Shown here one piece after another: positions 31,620 to 41,926 of a DNA stretch of 64,000 nucleotides (its first letter is position 1; each line of letters begins with the position of its first letter). This stretch comes from a bacterium (GTDB lineage: Bacteria > UBA8248): positions 384,001 through 448,000 of the forward strand of contig CBDBBI010000010.1 of NCBI GenBank assembly GCA_965202625.1, read 5' to 3'. The notes below the pieces were generated by a model, which was not told the DNA's origin, ran no database searches, and was given only the letters and a program-made list of their open reading frames with translations. Both the position numbers and the translations under genes were made by a program.

Positions 31620-32099
31620 ATGCCCCACTTTATCTTTGACGCCTGTATTGGATGTTCTGTGTGCGAGCCCGTTTGTCCGACCAAGGCTATCACAGGCGAG
31701 CCTCGGGAGATATACAAAATTGACCCCACGCTTTGTATTGATTGCGGCGTGTGCGGCAAGTATTGTCCTGCGTTTGCGATTCAAGATGATACAGGAGATG
31801 TGATCCGCAACATCAAGCATAAGGAGATGCCGAAGGCGTATGTCCTGGAGGAGAACTGCACGGGTTGCGTCTGGTGCGTGGACGTTTGTCCCTTTGATTG
31901 TATTCGCATGTCTCCCTCATCGGTGGAGCGAGATCATAGCGCTGTGGCCGTGGTGGATCAGTCTACGTGCGTCGGCTGTCGTCTGTGTGAGGAAATTTGT
32001 AACAAGGGGGCGATTATCGTGCCCAAGCATGAGGATGAGGCTGAATACATGACGCCGTTTATGCACGAATTTGTGACATCGCCCCTTCGCGCGTATTAG
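31620..32099 (+). CDS. Polyferredoxin (four CxxCxxCxxxC 4Fe-4S motifs)
   Basis: CIGCSVCEPVCP, CIDCGVCGKYCP, CTGCVWCVDVCP, CVGCRLCEEIC. Confidence 0.92.
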   Translation: MPHFIFDACIGCSVCEPVCPTKAITGEPREIYKIDPTLCIDCGVCGKYCPAFAIQDDTGDVIRNIKHKEMPKAYVLEENCTGCVWCVDVCPFDCIRMSPSSVERDHSAVAVVDQSTCVGCRLCEEICNKGAIIVPKHEDEAEYMTPFMHEFVTSPLRAY

Positions 32100-32119
32100 G
32101 ATAGGATTCCCATCGGCTC

Positions 32120-32147
32120 CTCCCCCAATTCGGGGGAGTTTTCTTTT
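32120..32147 (+). terminator. Intrinsic terminator
   Basis: CTCCCCC-AATTC-GGGGGAG hairpin followed by TTTTCTTTT after the ferredoxin stop. Confidence 0.65.
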
Positions 32148-32288
32148 GGGTTCACTCCTTGACGCCGTATTGAGGCTTGGGTAGCGTTTTACGTGAGAGA
32201 AGCTCTGTCGTCTCTTGCAGAGAGTTTGATGATGTTGGGGGTTTGTTCATCCATCTCCACTGAGCAAGTCGAAAGGGGAGGAAATTCA

Positions 32289-34520
32289 TTGCCTCCATTT
32301 TTGACGGCACGCCCACCCGCTCGAATTATGGACATCATCGATCTGGTCGAGGAATACGCGCCTGACTGCTCGCAATTACTCACCAAAGCTTATATCTTTA
32401 CGGCGAAGGTCCATAGAGGCCAATCTCGCATTTCCGGAGAACCCTACATCTCCCATCCGTTGGAAGTGGCCCGCATTTTGGCGGAGTTGCGCCAGGATCC
32501 GGAAACGGTATGCGCCGGATTGCTGCACGATACCTTAGAGGACACCTCGACGACGGGTAAAGAGATTGAAGCGCATTTCGGAGAGCAAGTAATGGAGCTC
32601 GTGGATGGCGTCACGAAGCTGGCGAAAATCGACATCTCCAATACCCAAGTTCGGCAGGCGGAAAATTATCGAAAGATGCTGATCGCCATGGCGAAAGATA
32701 TTCGGGTCATTATCATTAAGCTTGCGGACAGGCTCCATAATGCGCTTACGCTTCACCATCTTCCCCAAAAAAGAAGGGAACGCATTGCGAGAGAGACAGC
32801 GGAAATATATGCGCCGCTCGCCAATCGCATCGGGATTGGCTGGCTTAAAGGGGTTTTGGAGGAGGTGGCGTTCAAACATTTGCACCCCAAGGAATTCCTT
32901 GAAATTGACGAGATGCTACGCGATGGACTGGAAGACCGAGAAGCCTACATGGAGCGCGTTATTGCAAAAGTGAACGAAAGTATCGAGGAGGGAGGCGTCA
33001 TCGGCAAGGCGTCTGCGAGGTTCAAGCTTCATTACAGTATTTATGAGAAAATGCAGACGCAAAATCTCGATTTCCACCAGGTATATGATATTTGTGGCGT
33101 GAGAATCATCGTGAATGACGTGAAGGACTGCTATGCGGTGTTGGGGGTTTTGCACTCCAAGTGGACTCCCATCCCCGGACGCTTCAAGGATTATATCGCT
33201 TTGCCCAAGGCGAATTTGTACCAATCTCTCCACACCACGGTTGCGGGGCCAGAGGGACAAAGGGTGGAGTTCCAGATCCGGACGAAAGAGATGCACCGGG
33301 TAGCGGAAGAGGGCATTGCCGCGCATTGGAAGTATAAGGAAGGCGATGACGTCAACGACGACATGGTGGATAAGTTCGAGTGGATCAGGAGGATCGTCGA
33401 AAGCTTGAACGAGGAGTCCGACCCCCGGAATTTGGTCAACTCCGTAAAAGTGAATTTATTCCAGGACGAGGTGTTTGTTTTTACGCCCAGGGGTGAGGTG
33501 AAAAGTTTGCCGCGCGGGGCGACACCAGTCGATTTTGCTTTCTCTATCCATACAGAGGTGGGCAGGCACTGCGTGGGCGCGAAGATCAACGGAAAAGTCG
33601 CGCCACTACGCGCCCTCCTTGAGAATGGAGACATCGTTGAGATCATCACGAATCCGCACCGAAAACCCAGCGCCGACTGGATGAAATTCGTTGTCACCGC
33701 CAGGGCGAAGCAAAAAATTAGAAATTGGATCAAACAAGAGCAGAAAGAGCGCTCTCTCACTCTCGGCCGAGAGTTGCTGGAACATGAACTGGAGAGGTGT
33801 GTGGAGAGTTCCTCCACCTATATGGAGCCGAAGAAATTGAAGGAAGCGGCGCGATTCTTTGAGGCGCAAAGCGATGAGGACTTGTTGGTGTCAGTTGGTT
33901 TTGGGCGCGTATCCGCGCGTCAGGTCGCCCATAAGTTGTTGCCGGAAAAAATGGTGCACGAACGAGAGAGAAAGGAGAAATCTCGCCTCAGACGCCTGGT
34001 GAATCGTGTGAGTCGTCATAAAAACAAAATGGGCATCCACGTCAAAGGCCAGCAGGATGATGTGTTGATTCGCTATGCGAAGTGCTGCGCTCCGATTCCG
34101 GGAGATGAAATCGTTGGTTTTATCACCCGAGAACACGGGGTGACCGTGCACAACGAGAATTGCCTGAACATAAAGACGTTGATGGATGAGCAAGAGCGCT
34201 TGGTAGAAGTTTCTTGGGGCGAGATTGATAAAGATCAGAGGCACACGGTAACGCTCGTGGTGAAGGCGCATGACAGACCGGGTGTCTTGGCCGGTCTTAG
34301 CACCGCCGTCGCCGCTTGCGGAGCGAACATCTCGCGCGTCACGGCCGATGTTTCTGACGAGAAGGCGGGAATTCGCCTGGATGTGCAGGTACGTGATCTC
34401 TCCCATCTAAAGGACGTCATCAAAAAAATTCGAGATGAGAAATTAATTATCTCTGTGAACCGAATCGCTCCTGAGGCGGCTTCTCGCGAAGGACAGGTTC
34501 CGAAAATTCCCTCTGGTTAG
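32289..34520 (+). CDS. rel: Bifunctional (p)ppGpp synthetase/hydrolase RelA/SpoT
   Basis: HD motif LLHDTLED, KLADRLHN, YQSLHTT, EFQIRT, TGS (TPVDFA), ACT (DRPGVLA). Confidence 0.95.
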   Translation: MPPFLTARPPARIMDIIDLVEEYAPDCSQLLTKAYIFTAKVHRGQSRISGEPYISHPLEVARILAELRQDPETVCAGLLHDTLEDTSTTGKEIEAHFGEQVMELVDGVTKLAKIDISNTQVRQAENYRKMLIAMAKDIRVIIIKLADRLHNALTLHHLPQKRRERIARETAEIYAPLANRIGIGWLKGVLEEVAFKHLHPKEFLEIDEMLRDGLEDREAYMERVIAKVNESIEEGGVIGKASARFKLHYSIYEKMQTQNLDFHQVYDICGVRIIVNDVKDCYAVLGVLHSKWTPIPGRFKDYIALPKANLYQSLHTTVAGPEGQRVEFQIRTKEMHRVAEEGIAAHWKYKEGDDVNDDMVDKFEWIRRIVESLNEESDPRNLVNSVKVNLFQDEVFVFTPRGEVKSLPRGATPVDFAFSIHTEVGRHCVGAKINGKVAPLRALLENGDIVEIITNPHRKPSADWMKFVVTARAKQKIRNWIKQEQKERSLTLGRELLEHELERCVESSSTYMEPKKLKEAARFFEAQSDEDLLVSVGFGRVSARQVAHKLLPEKMVHERERKEKSRLRRLVNRVSRHKNKMGIHVKGQQDDVLIRYAKCCAPIPGDEIVGFITREHGVTVHNENCLNIKTLMDEQERLVEVSWGEIDKDQRHTVTLVVKAHDRPGVLAGLSTAVAACGANISRVTADVSDEKAGIRLDVQVRDLSHLKDVIKKIRDEKLIISVNRIAPEAASREGQVPKIPSG

Positions 34521-34644
34521 ACGCATCGCCGTCGAACTGATGAATGATGTAACGTATTGCGCCAGAACCCCTCAGACAGCGAAAAAAGAGCAAGAAATCG
34601 AGAATGCATTTTCATAAACCAACGATGTATAATATAGGCGTGAT

Positions 34645-35328
34645 TTGCTGAATCACTCATGGGAAATGACCATTCACGAGGCTATTCAGACCCAAAAGGC
34701 ACTTCAAGGGCGCGTGGTCCTGAACTCGCTCCTCACCTCGCCAGCAACCATTGCGGGGGCGGACGTTTCATGTGAATGGCGCGGTGGCTCAGGCGTTGGC
34801 GGCATGGTCGTTTTCTCTTATCCAGACATGCGGGTTGTCGACGAATCATTTTGTGGTGGGGAATTGCAGTTCCCTTACGTGCCTGGGCTGCTCTCTTTTC
34901 GGGAAGGGTTTTTGCTTGAAAAAGCTTTTGGGGGACTGCGCAAAAAGCCGGACCTCATTATTTTCGACGGCCAAGGCGTGGCGCATCCCAGAGGACTCGG
35001 CATCGCTTCACACTTGGGGCTGCGTTTGGGTTTGCCTTGTATAGGATGTGCGAAAAGCCGTTTGTTTGGCGATTCCTTCAAGACGCTGGGTGGGGAGAAA
35101 GGAGACTGGCAATACCTGTATGCACCAGACGGACGGGAGATAGGGGCCGTTCTTAGAACTAGAAGGGGCGTGAAGCCCGTCTATTTATCCCCGGGCCACC
35201 TTGTCAATATTGAAGATGCGGTTCATTGGGTGCTGAAAACCACCTCCCGGTATCGCCTTCCCGATGTGATACGCACAGCCCACAAGCGCGTCAATGAAGA
35301 GAGGGTAAGACAAAAAAGACAAAAGTAG
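34645..35328 (+). CDS. nfi: Endonuclease V
   Basis: AGADVS, FPYVPGLLSFRE, FDGQGVAHPRGLGIASHLG, GCAKS, YLSPGH. Confidence 0.95.
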   Translation: MLNHSWEMTIHEAIQTQKALQGRVVLNSLLTSPATIAGADVSCEWRGGSGVGGMVVFSYPDMRVVDESFCGGELQFPYVPGLLSFREGFLLEKAFGGLRKKPDLIIFDGQGVAHPRGLGIASHLGLRLGLPCIGCAKSRLFGDSFKTLGGEKGDWQYLYAPDGREIGAVLRTRRGVKPVYLSPGHLVNIEDAVHWVLKTTSRYRLPDVIRTAHKRVNEERVRQKRQK

Positions 35329-35355
35329 AGCAAAAAACGGGGATAGAGACGCCGG

Positions 35356-38229
35356 TTATCCTGAGGAGGCACCCACTCTGGTTTCTTTCGGTTGAGCGGG
35401 CAGCGCGAAGTTATTTTCCATCATCAGGTAATCACGAATCGCGCGGATTTGCCGGTAAGCGTCTCCTCCGAGCGTCTCTTCGTCAATGGGTTCGCCGTGG
35501 CTCTCTATCACCCCTTTGTCGATTGTTTTTCCGAGATCGGAGGGTGAAGCGATAGTCACCTTTCTCTCGTCAATGCCCATCACCTTGACGAGATGGGTGT
35601 TGCCTCCAATTCTCAAGGTGGCGAATTGCTCCTCTGCCAATTCAGCTTCTTTCTTGGTCTCGAGGTTGTAGGTGAATTGACCGTTCTCCTGCTCCCCCCG
35701 CTCCCCTTTGACGACCTCGGCCTGAATTCCTGCGCCTTCAAAGAAGTTCGGCATCTTGGTTCCCGGCTGGAGTTTGCCCGGGCTCACCAGCCAATCCACT
35801 ATCCAGTCGGAGCGCAGGCGGTTTTTGGCGAACGACAGGTTCGGTGCCGTAGGGGGTTCCTGTCCTTCTGGAGGTGGCCATTCCCCATGACATGACAGGC
35901 ACTCCGCCTTTGTGAACAATTCTTTTCCGGCCTTGAAGATTTTCGCGCTTATTTTTTCCCTGTCAAAATGGGTATAGGGTCGAAGTTTTGAGTCAAGCGC
36001 GGCGAAGTAATCCACAAGCGCGGCGGCATCTTCCGCCGGCATTTGGAAACTCGGCATCCGAACCTTCAACCAGGGTCTAAGAGGCACGACGTTTCGCAGG
36101 AAGCCGAAGAACCAGTCGGGCTGCACCTTCTTGCCCTCGCCGTTCAACAAGGGCGGGCCATTCGTTTTCTCCTGATAACGCCGAAGTAGGTTGCCCCCCC
36201 AGTTTTCAATCACGTGACAACCGGTGCAGTTATATTTCTCGATCATCCGACGGCCTTTTTCGACGCGCTTGGCGCGGGCATCCAGTTTGGCGTGGACGCT
36301 GTGCGGCACCCCATGAGGAGTCATAGAGCGGAGCAGGGTGCGTATAGCGGAGACTTCCGCGTCTGTGAACTCAAAGTTCGGCATGAGGAGGGTTTGGCGC
36401 TCCGTTTGATAAATTTGGGGATTTTTCAGCTTACCGAACGTCCACGCCTCCCAAGTATGGGGCATATCCACCACATTTCCGAACGAAATTTCAAACGGCT
36501 TTTTGGCGGCGAAACGAGTCAGGTTGGGCCCGATTTTAGAGAGATTCTCCGTGCCGGGGATGACGTGGCAGCCGAAACAGCCGCGGGTCGCCACGAGTTT
36601 CTTCCCTCGTTCGTACGAAGCGGAGTCTCCCAGTTTTTGGGGTTGCGATCGCATTGAGAGGGGTGTGAGGCTAATGAGATAAGACGTGAGCGCGTCCGCT
36701 TCCGCATTCGAGAGACGAAGGCTGGGCATTTTGGTATCATGCCAATACGATTTAGGGTTTTTTAGCCACCGGCGCAGCCAATCGGGTTGAACCTTCGCGC
36801 CAATTTTTTGTAAGGCCGGGGCGAAATCCCGATTGCGATAAACGATCGGCCTTCCATTCACACCTTTCAAGGGGGGGGCCGGGTTCAGGTCTTTTTCATT
36901 GCGAATGTGGCATCCCAGACACCCAACGGACGAAAAGATGGATTTTCCCTTCTTGATCTGAGCGGGGTCGTCCAAATTCGCAACCTCCGTCGACTCCACT
37001 TTTCGCTTGCCTTGTCGCCAGACGTATGTGGCGATGTCAAACGCCTCTTGTTCGGTCAGGCTGAAGTAGGGCATGCGGGTTCGCGGGTTATAGTCTTTTG
37101 GTTTGTTGATCCATGATACGAGCCAGGCAGGCGTTACTTTTTCCTGAATTCTAGACAGGTCCGGCCCTACTTTGCGCAACCCTTCCGTCCCTGGAAGGGT
37201 GTGGCAGCCGTTGCATCCCATCTCCCGAACGATAGATATTCCACGCGAAATCTTGGGTGCTTCAGGAATGTTGAACACCTCGGTGTGGCAGCTTCTGCAT
37301 TTGGTTTGGATTTCGCGGCCGTGAAGAAGGGGGTCTTCCCAAAATTCCACGTGGCCATGGGCTTTATCGACGCTGGTGACGGCTGTTCCCTGCCCACCGT
37401 GGCAAAGCGTGCAACCGACCTTGTTGAACTCGTGCTTCGAGAGGTAAAGACGCCTTTTCGGATGGGTGCGGAATGGTTGGGGTGCCTTTTCAAAACCCGC
37501 CCTATTGATTCCCAGATGACACGTTTGGCATCGCTCTACCTTCATGACCGGCTCGTTGAAATTGTTTCGCTCATATTCGCGCAGGACGATCTGGTTGATG
37601 TCATACGTGCGGCTTACGATGCTCTTGAGACGCCTCTCCTGAAAGGATATTGTGCTCGCTACATTTCGTCTCATCGCTTCAAGCGTTTTCAGTTCTTTTC
37701 GTTTGGACGAGATCTTCGCTTTTATCGCGTCTCTCGTGGCTTCCGCCCTTTCAGCGATGGGTTTGATCTGGTCGAGTTGGGCTTTGGCTTCATCAACTTC
37801 CCTTTGTTCGGCTTCTTTGTCGTGCCCTTGTCGAATGGCCTCCTGGAGATAGAAATAGGACTGATCAAAAAGGGCTTTTCTAAAGCCGAGTTCCTGAACT
37901 TTCTCGAAGGCGTCGAGTTCGCTTTTGGCGAGTTCCTCGTTGAGAGTCGCGAGTTCTTGATCCTCGGCGAGTTTTTGTTTTTGGGCGGCAATTTTCTGGT
38001 CGAGCTCGGAAATCTTGGCCCCGGTTGATTCCCTGAGCCTAGTGAGGTCCGCCTCTACGAGAGTTTTCTCATAGGAGTTGAACCGCTTTTGATATTGCTT
38101 CCATGGCCTGCGCGTGAACGCCTCGTCCCATACCGTCCAGAACGTGATAGCGACCATAATGAGACCCAGAATGAAAAACGGAATAGGGCTGGTTTTCTCT
38201 TCCGGGGGTTTGAAGTCTCGACCTTGCAT
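35356..38229 (-). CDS. Membrane-anchored octaheme c-type cytochrome
   Basis: N-terminal TM plus RPWKQYQ, coiled coil, eight CxxCH motifs (CQTCH, CTLCH, CRSCH, CNGCH, CLGCH, CFGCH, CTGCH, CLSCH). Confidence 0.9.
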   Translation of the reverse strand: MQGRDFKPPEEKTSPIPFFILGLIMVAITFWTVWDEAFTRRPWKQYQKRFNSYEKTLVEADLTRLRESTGAKISELDQKIAAQKQKLAEDQELATLNEELAKSELDAFEKVQELGFRKALFDQSYFYLQEAIRQGHDKEAEQREVDEAKAQLDQIKPIAERAEATRDAIKAKISSKRKELKTLEAMRRNVASTISFQERRLKSIVSRTYDINQIVLREYERNNFNEPVMKVERCQTCHLGINRAGFEKAPQPFRTHPKRRLYLSKHEFNKVGCTLCHGGQGTAVTSVDKAHGHVEFWEDPLLHGREIQTKCRSCHTEVFNIPEAPKISRGISIVREMGCNGCHTLPGTEGLRKVGPDLSRIQEKVTPAWLVSWINKPKDYNPRTRMPYFSLTEQEAFDIATYVWRQGKRKVESTEVANLDDPAQIKKGKSIFSSVGCLGCHIRNEKDLNPAPPLKGVNGRPIVYRNRDFAPALQKIGAKVQPDWLRRWLKNPKSYWHDTKMPSLRLSNAEADALTSYLISLTPLSMRSQPQKLGDSASYERGKKLVATRGCFGCHVIPGTENLSKIGPNLTRFAAKKPFEISFGNVVDMPHTWEAWTFGKLKNPQIYQTERQTLLMPNFEFTDAEVSAIRTLLRSMTPHGVPHSVHAKLDARAKRVEKGRRMIEKYNCTGCHVIENWGGNLLRRYQEKTNGPPLLNGEGKKVQPDWFFGFLRNVVPLRPWLKVRMPSFQMPAEDAAALVDYFAALDSKLRPYTHFDREKISAKIFKAGKELFTKAECLSCHGEWPPPEGQEPPTAPNLSFAKNRLRSDWIVDWLVSPGKLQPGTKMPNFFEGAGIQAEVVKGERGEQENGQFTYNLETKKEAELAEEQFATLRIGGNTHLVKVMGIDERKVTIASPSDLGKTIDKGVIESHGEPIDEETLGGDAYRQIRAIRDYLMMENNFALPAQPKETRVGASSG

Positions 38230-38406
38230 CGCGAAGAAACGCTCCTGACATCCTGAGCGGAAGTTGTTCTTCTGTCTCTCAAAATCAGGCTGATTATAGG
38301 TAGGGGGGGAGCGGGCGTCAACCGCAAGGCGAATGGTTTTCACTTCGCTCGACGCCACGCGGAGATGGGGCATTTGACGAAGGCGCGTAGCGTGCCATCG
38401 CCGAGA

Positions 38407-41400
38407 TTATGCGTTTTGGCTGCGGATGATGTTGGCGAGTTGTCCGATGATGGATATGGAGATGCTAGGATGTTCATGGATCAACTGCAAAAGGGGGTCT
38501 TTCTCGATGCCTAACAACGAAGTGTCCTGGCTTGCGCGCGCGCCTGCGCTTCTACCCTCGTCGCCAAACAGCGCGATTTCACCGAACGAGGCGTTGGGGC
38601 CAAGCGTGGTCAATATCCTTGTCGCCCTGTTCGCCTGGTTGAGCGTGATTTCGATTTCCCCATCGACGATGACGTAGAGGTAATCACAGGGATCGCCTTG
38701 CTCGAAAAGCGCCTTCCCCGCTTGTATCTGGATTTCCCTGGAAATGTTGCTCAATATCTTGAGTTCGTCCGCGCTCATCGTCTCGAACATGTTGACGCCT
38801 TTCAAGAAGAGGGCTTTCTCGATGGTCGAGAGCATGGTTTTCTCCTGTATGGGTGTGTTTGCGCCGGATTTTTCGTGACGGCCGAGCGCGCGGCACGCCT
38901 GAACGCGCACCAATTCCTCCGAGTCGTTCTCCGCGACTCTCAAAAATTCATCCACGCCATCCCCATCTTTCCTGATCATTCTCAAGGCGGCAACCGCGGC
39001 CTCTCGGATGAACGGATCCTCGTCCGTCGTTCGCCCTTTGAGTGGGGTGGACCAAGTGGCGGTGGATTCACGCCCCAGGTGCTCAAGATATTTTCCCGCC
39101 GCGTCAATGGCGATGGCCTGCAACCACACGTTCTTGGAATTCATGTATGTCCTTAGCACTTCGTCAATGGATTTATCGGGGATTTCCCAGAGTTTTTTCC
39201 CCTCAGAGATTCTCTCGGCGGTCGATCTGCCCAAAAGCAGAGGTTCGAGGGCCAGAATAAGAAGTCGCGTGTTTCCGATGGAGGAGAAGTTCGAGAGCGT
39301 CTCTATGGCAATCGCCCTTGAGGAGGAGCCCCCCTGGGTCAGGGACGCCGCCACGGTGTCCACCGTTTTTTCATCCCCAATCACCCCCAACAACTCGAGC
39401 AGGACGATTTGTCTTTCCGCCACGACGTCGTCCAGCGCTTTTCTCAGCATGATGAAAGGAGATGCGTTTTTTTGTCGTTCGATGACGTGGAGATGGTTAA
39501 TGACGTCGTATACTTCCTTGAGGTGTTCTACGGCGAATGCGGACAGGGATTCGACGATTCCCTCCGCGCTCATCTCGCGGGAGCCGTTTTTCGCGCCCCT
39601 GAGCAACAGCGGGGCCAGAAAGGAAAGCGCGCCAGAGCCTTCAAGAGAGAGAGTCCCTCTTCGCTTCATCTCTTTCAGCGCGTTGATGGCTTGCCTTCTT
39701 ACCAGAGAGTCGATGTCGGACAGAGCGCGCAAGGCGCGCTCAAAGTTCTCCGGCGTCCCCCTGTCGCCCAATTGTCGAACGCCTCTACGCCGAATCGCCG
39801 CGCTTTTGTCGGATATGGCGGTTCGGATGATTTCTTCCATCTTCTCCTCGTCAACTCCCTGATTGATGGCCAATGATTCTATCGCTTCCAGTGCGGTCTC
39901 GCGGACTGCTTCCTCCTCCTTATAGAGATAGGGAACAAGTTGTCTGATGAATCGCGGATTTTGGAGTTCTCCGATGCATCGCAAGGCGCAAACCCTGGAC
40001 ACCGTGTTTTCCTCGTTGAGCATTTGATGCAGCGTTTGCAAACCATTGGCGAGCCAGAACAGATCGTCAGAGCGCACGAGCAGCTGCACCGCGCGCGCCT
40101 TGACTTGCGGGGATTCGCTCTCCAAATTCTCATGCACTAGATCCGCAGTCTCTTCGGTCAGCCCGATTGCTTCGGCCGCATCCATGGCGGCGCATTGAAC
40201 GTCCGGGTATTCCGACCTCATATACGTCTCAAGCAAAGCCCGCATTTCTTCGCTTTCCTTGGCCTGTGGAGTTTGGGCGAGAATTTTTAACAATTCACCG
40301 GCCGCGTATCCTTCTCTCCTAGGAATTTCCTCCAGAATCATGTGGAAGGTTTCTTTTCTGCCGGCACCGGCCATCATCTGAGCGGTGAACACGCAAAGAT
40401 CGTCGTCCCCATTGCGTATGTTTTTTCTCAATATCGCCATGCTCTCGTCGTCAATAGGACCGAACCCTTCCTGAGCGTAGCGAAACAGCCCCAAGTTGCG
40501 CTCCTCCAACATTTTGCGCAGCGCGGCGCCGTATTCACGGCGAACGATGAAGCCGGTGGCTAGGTAGGCGAACGCGATGAAAAGGGAGATGAGCGCTACC
40601 CAACCCAAGCTGAGGGGGAAAATGGAGAGGCCGGTTGGCTTGATGATGAGCAGGACGACGCCACTGACGATACTGGCCATGGCAACCACTTGTCCCGCGA
40701 CGAACGCGCCCACCCGCGCGCGGATGGAAGGGGAAACGGCGTTATACAGCAGGGCGTTGATGGCGTTTCGAATGGATTCCTGAAGGTTCTTGTTGTTGAA
40801 TCGCAAAAAAACGGCCGAATAGAATCCGGGGGAGATCGCCATGCCGAGAAGTCCGACGATGGTAGTCATCGGATAGATGAGATTCGCGGTGCCAAGGCCC
40901 AGACGTCTGATGACGCGGGGGGTGATGAACGTCTGAATCAAGAGAGATAGGGAACTTCCGATGGCGGTAAAATACCCAAGAAAGGAGGCGAGTTGCGCGC
41001 GGTCGGAAAAGACTTCGCGAAAGATGAGGCTGTATTGAAAGTCCTGAAAACTTCTGAGAATGACCACGATGAAACTGAACAGTGCGAATGCACAAACGTA
41101 TCTGTTCGTTTTAATGAGCGTGAGATTGCTTTCCCTAGACGCCGCCCTCGTCGTCTTGCGTTTTTTAGGGACTGCGCTCTCAATGAGACGATCCCGAAGG
41201 CGCCATTCGACGTATTGCACCACGCCGATACTGATGACGATGGTCGCAATCCAAACGTAAAGCAGGTTCGTGACGCTTCCCATAATGGGAATGAGCAGTG
41301 GGATGGACAAACCGCCTAGAATGCCCCCGTAGCGTCCTCCCGTCAGGATAATCGGAACCAGTCGCTTCGATTGCAAGACATCGAGATACTGCCCATATAA

Positions 41401-41805
41401 GGCGCGAAAATTGTTCGGAAGCATGTTTGTGAATATGACGAACAGGGTGTGGAGAAGCGGGAATGCGATGGGCATCGCATAGGCGCGTATGTCGGCGAAG
41501 ATGAGTAGTTTGATGCCGAATATAAGGACGATAAAGAACGCCAAAACAGATTTAAACATGGATGGAATGGATAATTTTTGGGTGAGAGAGGAGTAGAAGG
41601 CACTGATGAAAATGATTATAAGGGCGTTGAATATGTACATGTAGGGGAGGAAACCCGGGCCGACTTCAGATAGGAACAATGCTTCGGATACAGTGAGGCC
41701 GATGGAGAATTGCACCCCGATCAGGAAATAAAACGAAAAGAACACGCCGAAGACGAGCAATTCTTCGGGGTGGATGTTAAACGCTTTTCTTAGGAACTTC
41801 GCCAT
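38407..41805 (-). CDS. NTT/TLC-like membrane domain + HEAT repeats + cyclic nucleotide-binding domain protein
   Basis: About 12-TM N-terminus (ALFLSEVG..LPYMY, QSKRL.P), HEAT repeats (VRRQAINAL, VRETALEA), C-terminal cNMP domain (FGEIALF...RSA). Confidence 0.85.
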   Translation of the reverse strand: MAKFLRKAFNIHPEELLVFGVFFSFYFLIGVQFSIGLTVSEALFLSEVGPGFLPYMYIFNALIIIFISAFYSSLTQKLSIPSMFKSVLAFFIVLIFGIKLLIFADIRAYAMPIAFPLLHTLFVIFTNMLPNNFRALYGQYLDVLQSKRLVPIILTGGRYGGILGGLSIPLLIPIMGSVTNLLYVWIATIVISIGVVQYVEWRLRDRLIESAVPKKRKTTRAASRESNLTLIKTNRYVCAFALFSFIVVILRSFQDFQYSLIFREVFSDRAQLASFLGYFTAIGSSLSLLIQTFITPRVIRRLGLGTANLIYPMTTIVGLLGMAISPGFYSAVFLRFNNKNLQESIRNAINALLYNAVSPSIRARVGAFVAGQVVAMASIVSGVVLLIIKPTGLSIFPLSLGWVALISLFIAFAYLATGFIVRREYGAALRKMLEERNLGLFRYAQEGFGPIDDESMAILRKNIRNGDDDLCVFTAQMMAGAGRKETFHMILEEIPRREGYAAGELLKILAQTPQAKESEEMRALLETYMRSEYPDVQCAAMDAAEAIGLTEETADLVHENLESESPQVKARAVQLLVRSDDLFWLANGLQTLHQMLNEENTVSRVCALRCIGELQNPRFIRQLVPYLYKEEEAVRETALEAIESLAINQGVDEEKMEEIIRTAISDKSAAIRRRGVRQLGDRGTPENFERALRALSDIDSLVRRQAINALKEMKRRGTLSLEGSGALSFLAPLLLRGAKNGSREMSAEGIVESLSAFAVEHLKEVYDVINHLHVIERQKNASPFIMLRKALDDVVAERQIVLLELLGVIGDEKTVDTVAASLTQGGSSSRAIAIETLSNFSSIGNTRLLILALEPLLLGRSTAERISEGKKLWEIPDKSIDEVLRTYMNSKNVWLQAIAIDAAGKYLEHLGRESTATWSTPLKGRTTDEDPFIREAAVAALRMIRKDGDGVDEFLRVAENDSEELVRVQACRALGRHEKSGANTPIQEKTMLSTIEKALFLKGVNMFETMSADELKILSNISREIQIQAGKALFEQGDPCDYLYVIVDGEIEITLNQANRATRILTTLGPNASFGEIALFGDEGRSAGARASQDTSLLGIEKDPLLQLIHEHPSISISIIGQLANIIRSQNA

Positions 41806-41874
41806 TTCGAATCACTTGTAGGCGAGGGATGAGGATGCGCGCGAGTCCACCCCCAAAGGTTCTAGGGATAGGTC

Positions 41875-41926
41875 GATAATCAAAAGATTGATTCTAACTT
41901 GATAATCAAAAGACTGATTCTAACTT
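41875..41926. repeat. 26-bp tandem direct repeat (2 copies, 1 mismatch)
   Basis: GATAATCAAAAGATTGATTCTAACTT / GATAATCAAAAGACTGATTCTAACTT. Confidence 0.9.

Noticed and set aside
41875-41926. Tandem repeat as a mini-CRISPR
   Set aside because: The units abut with no spacer and there are no cas genes
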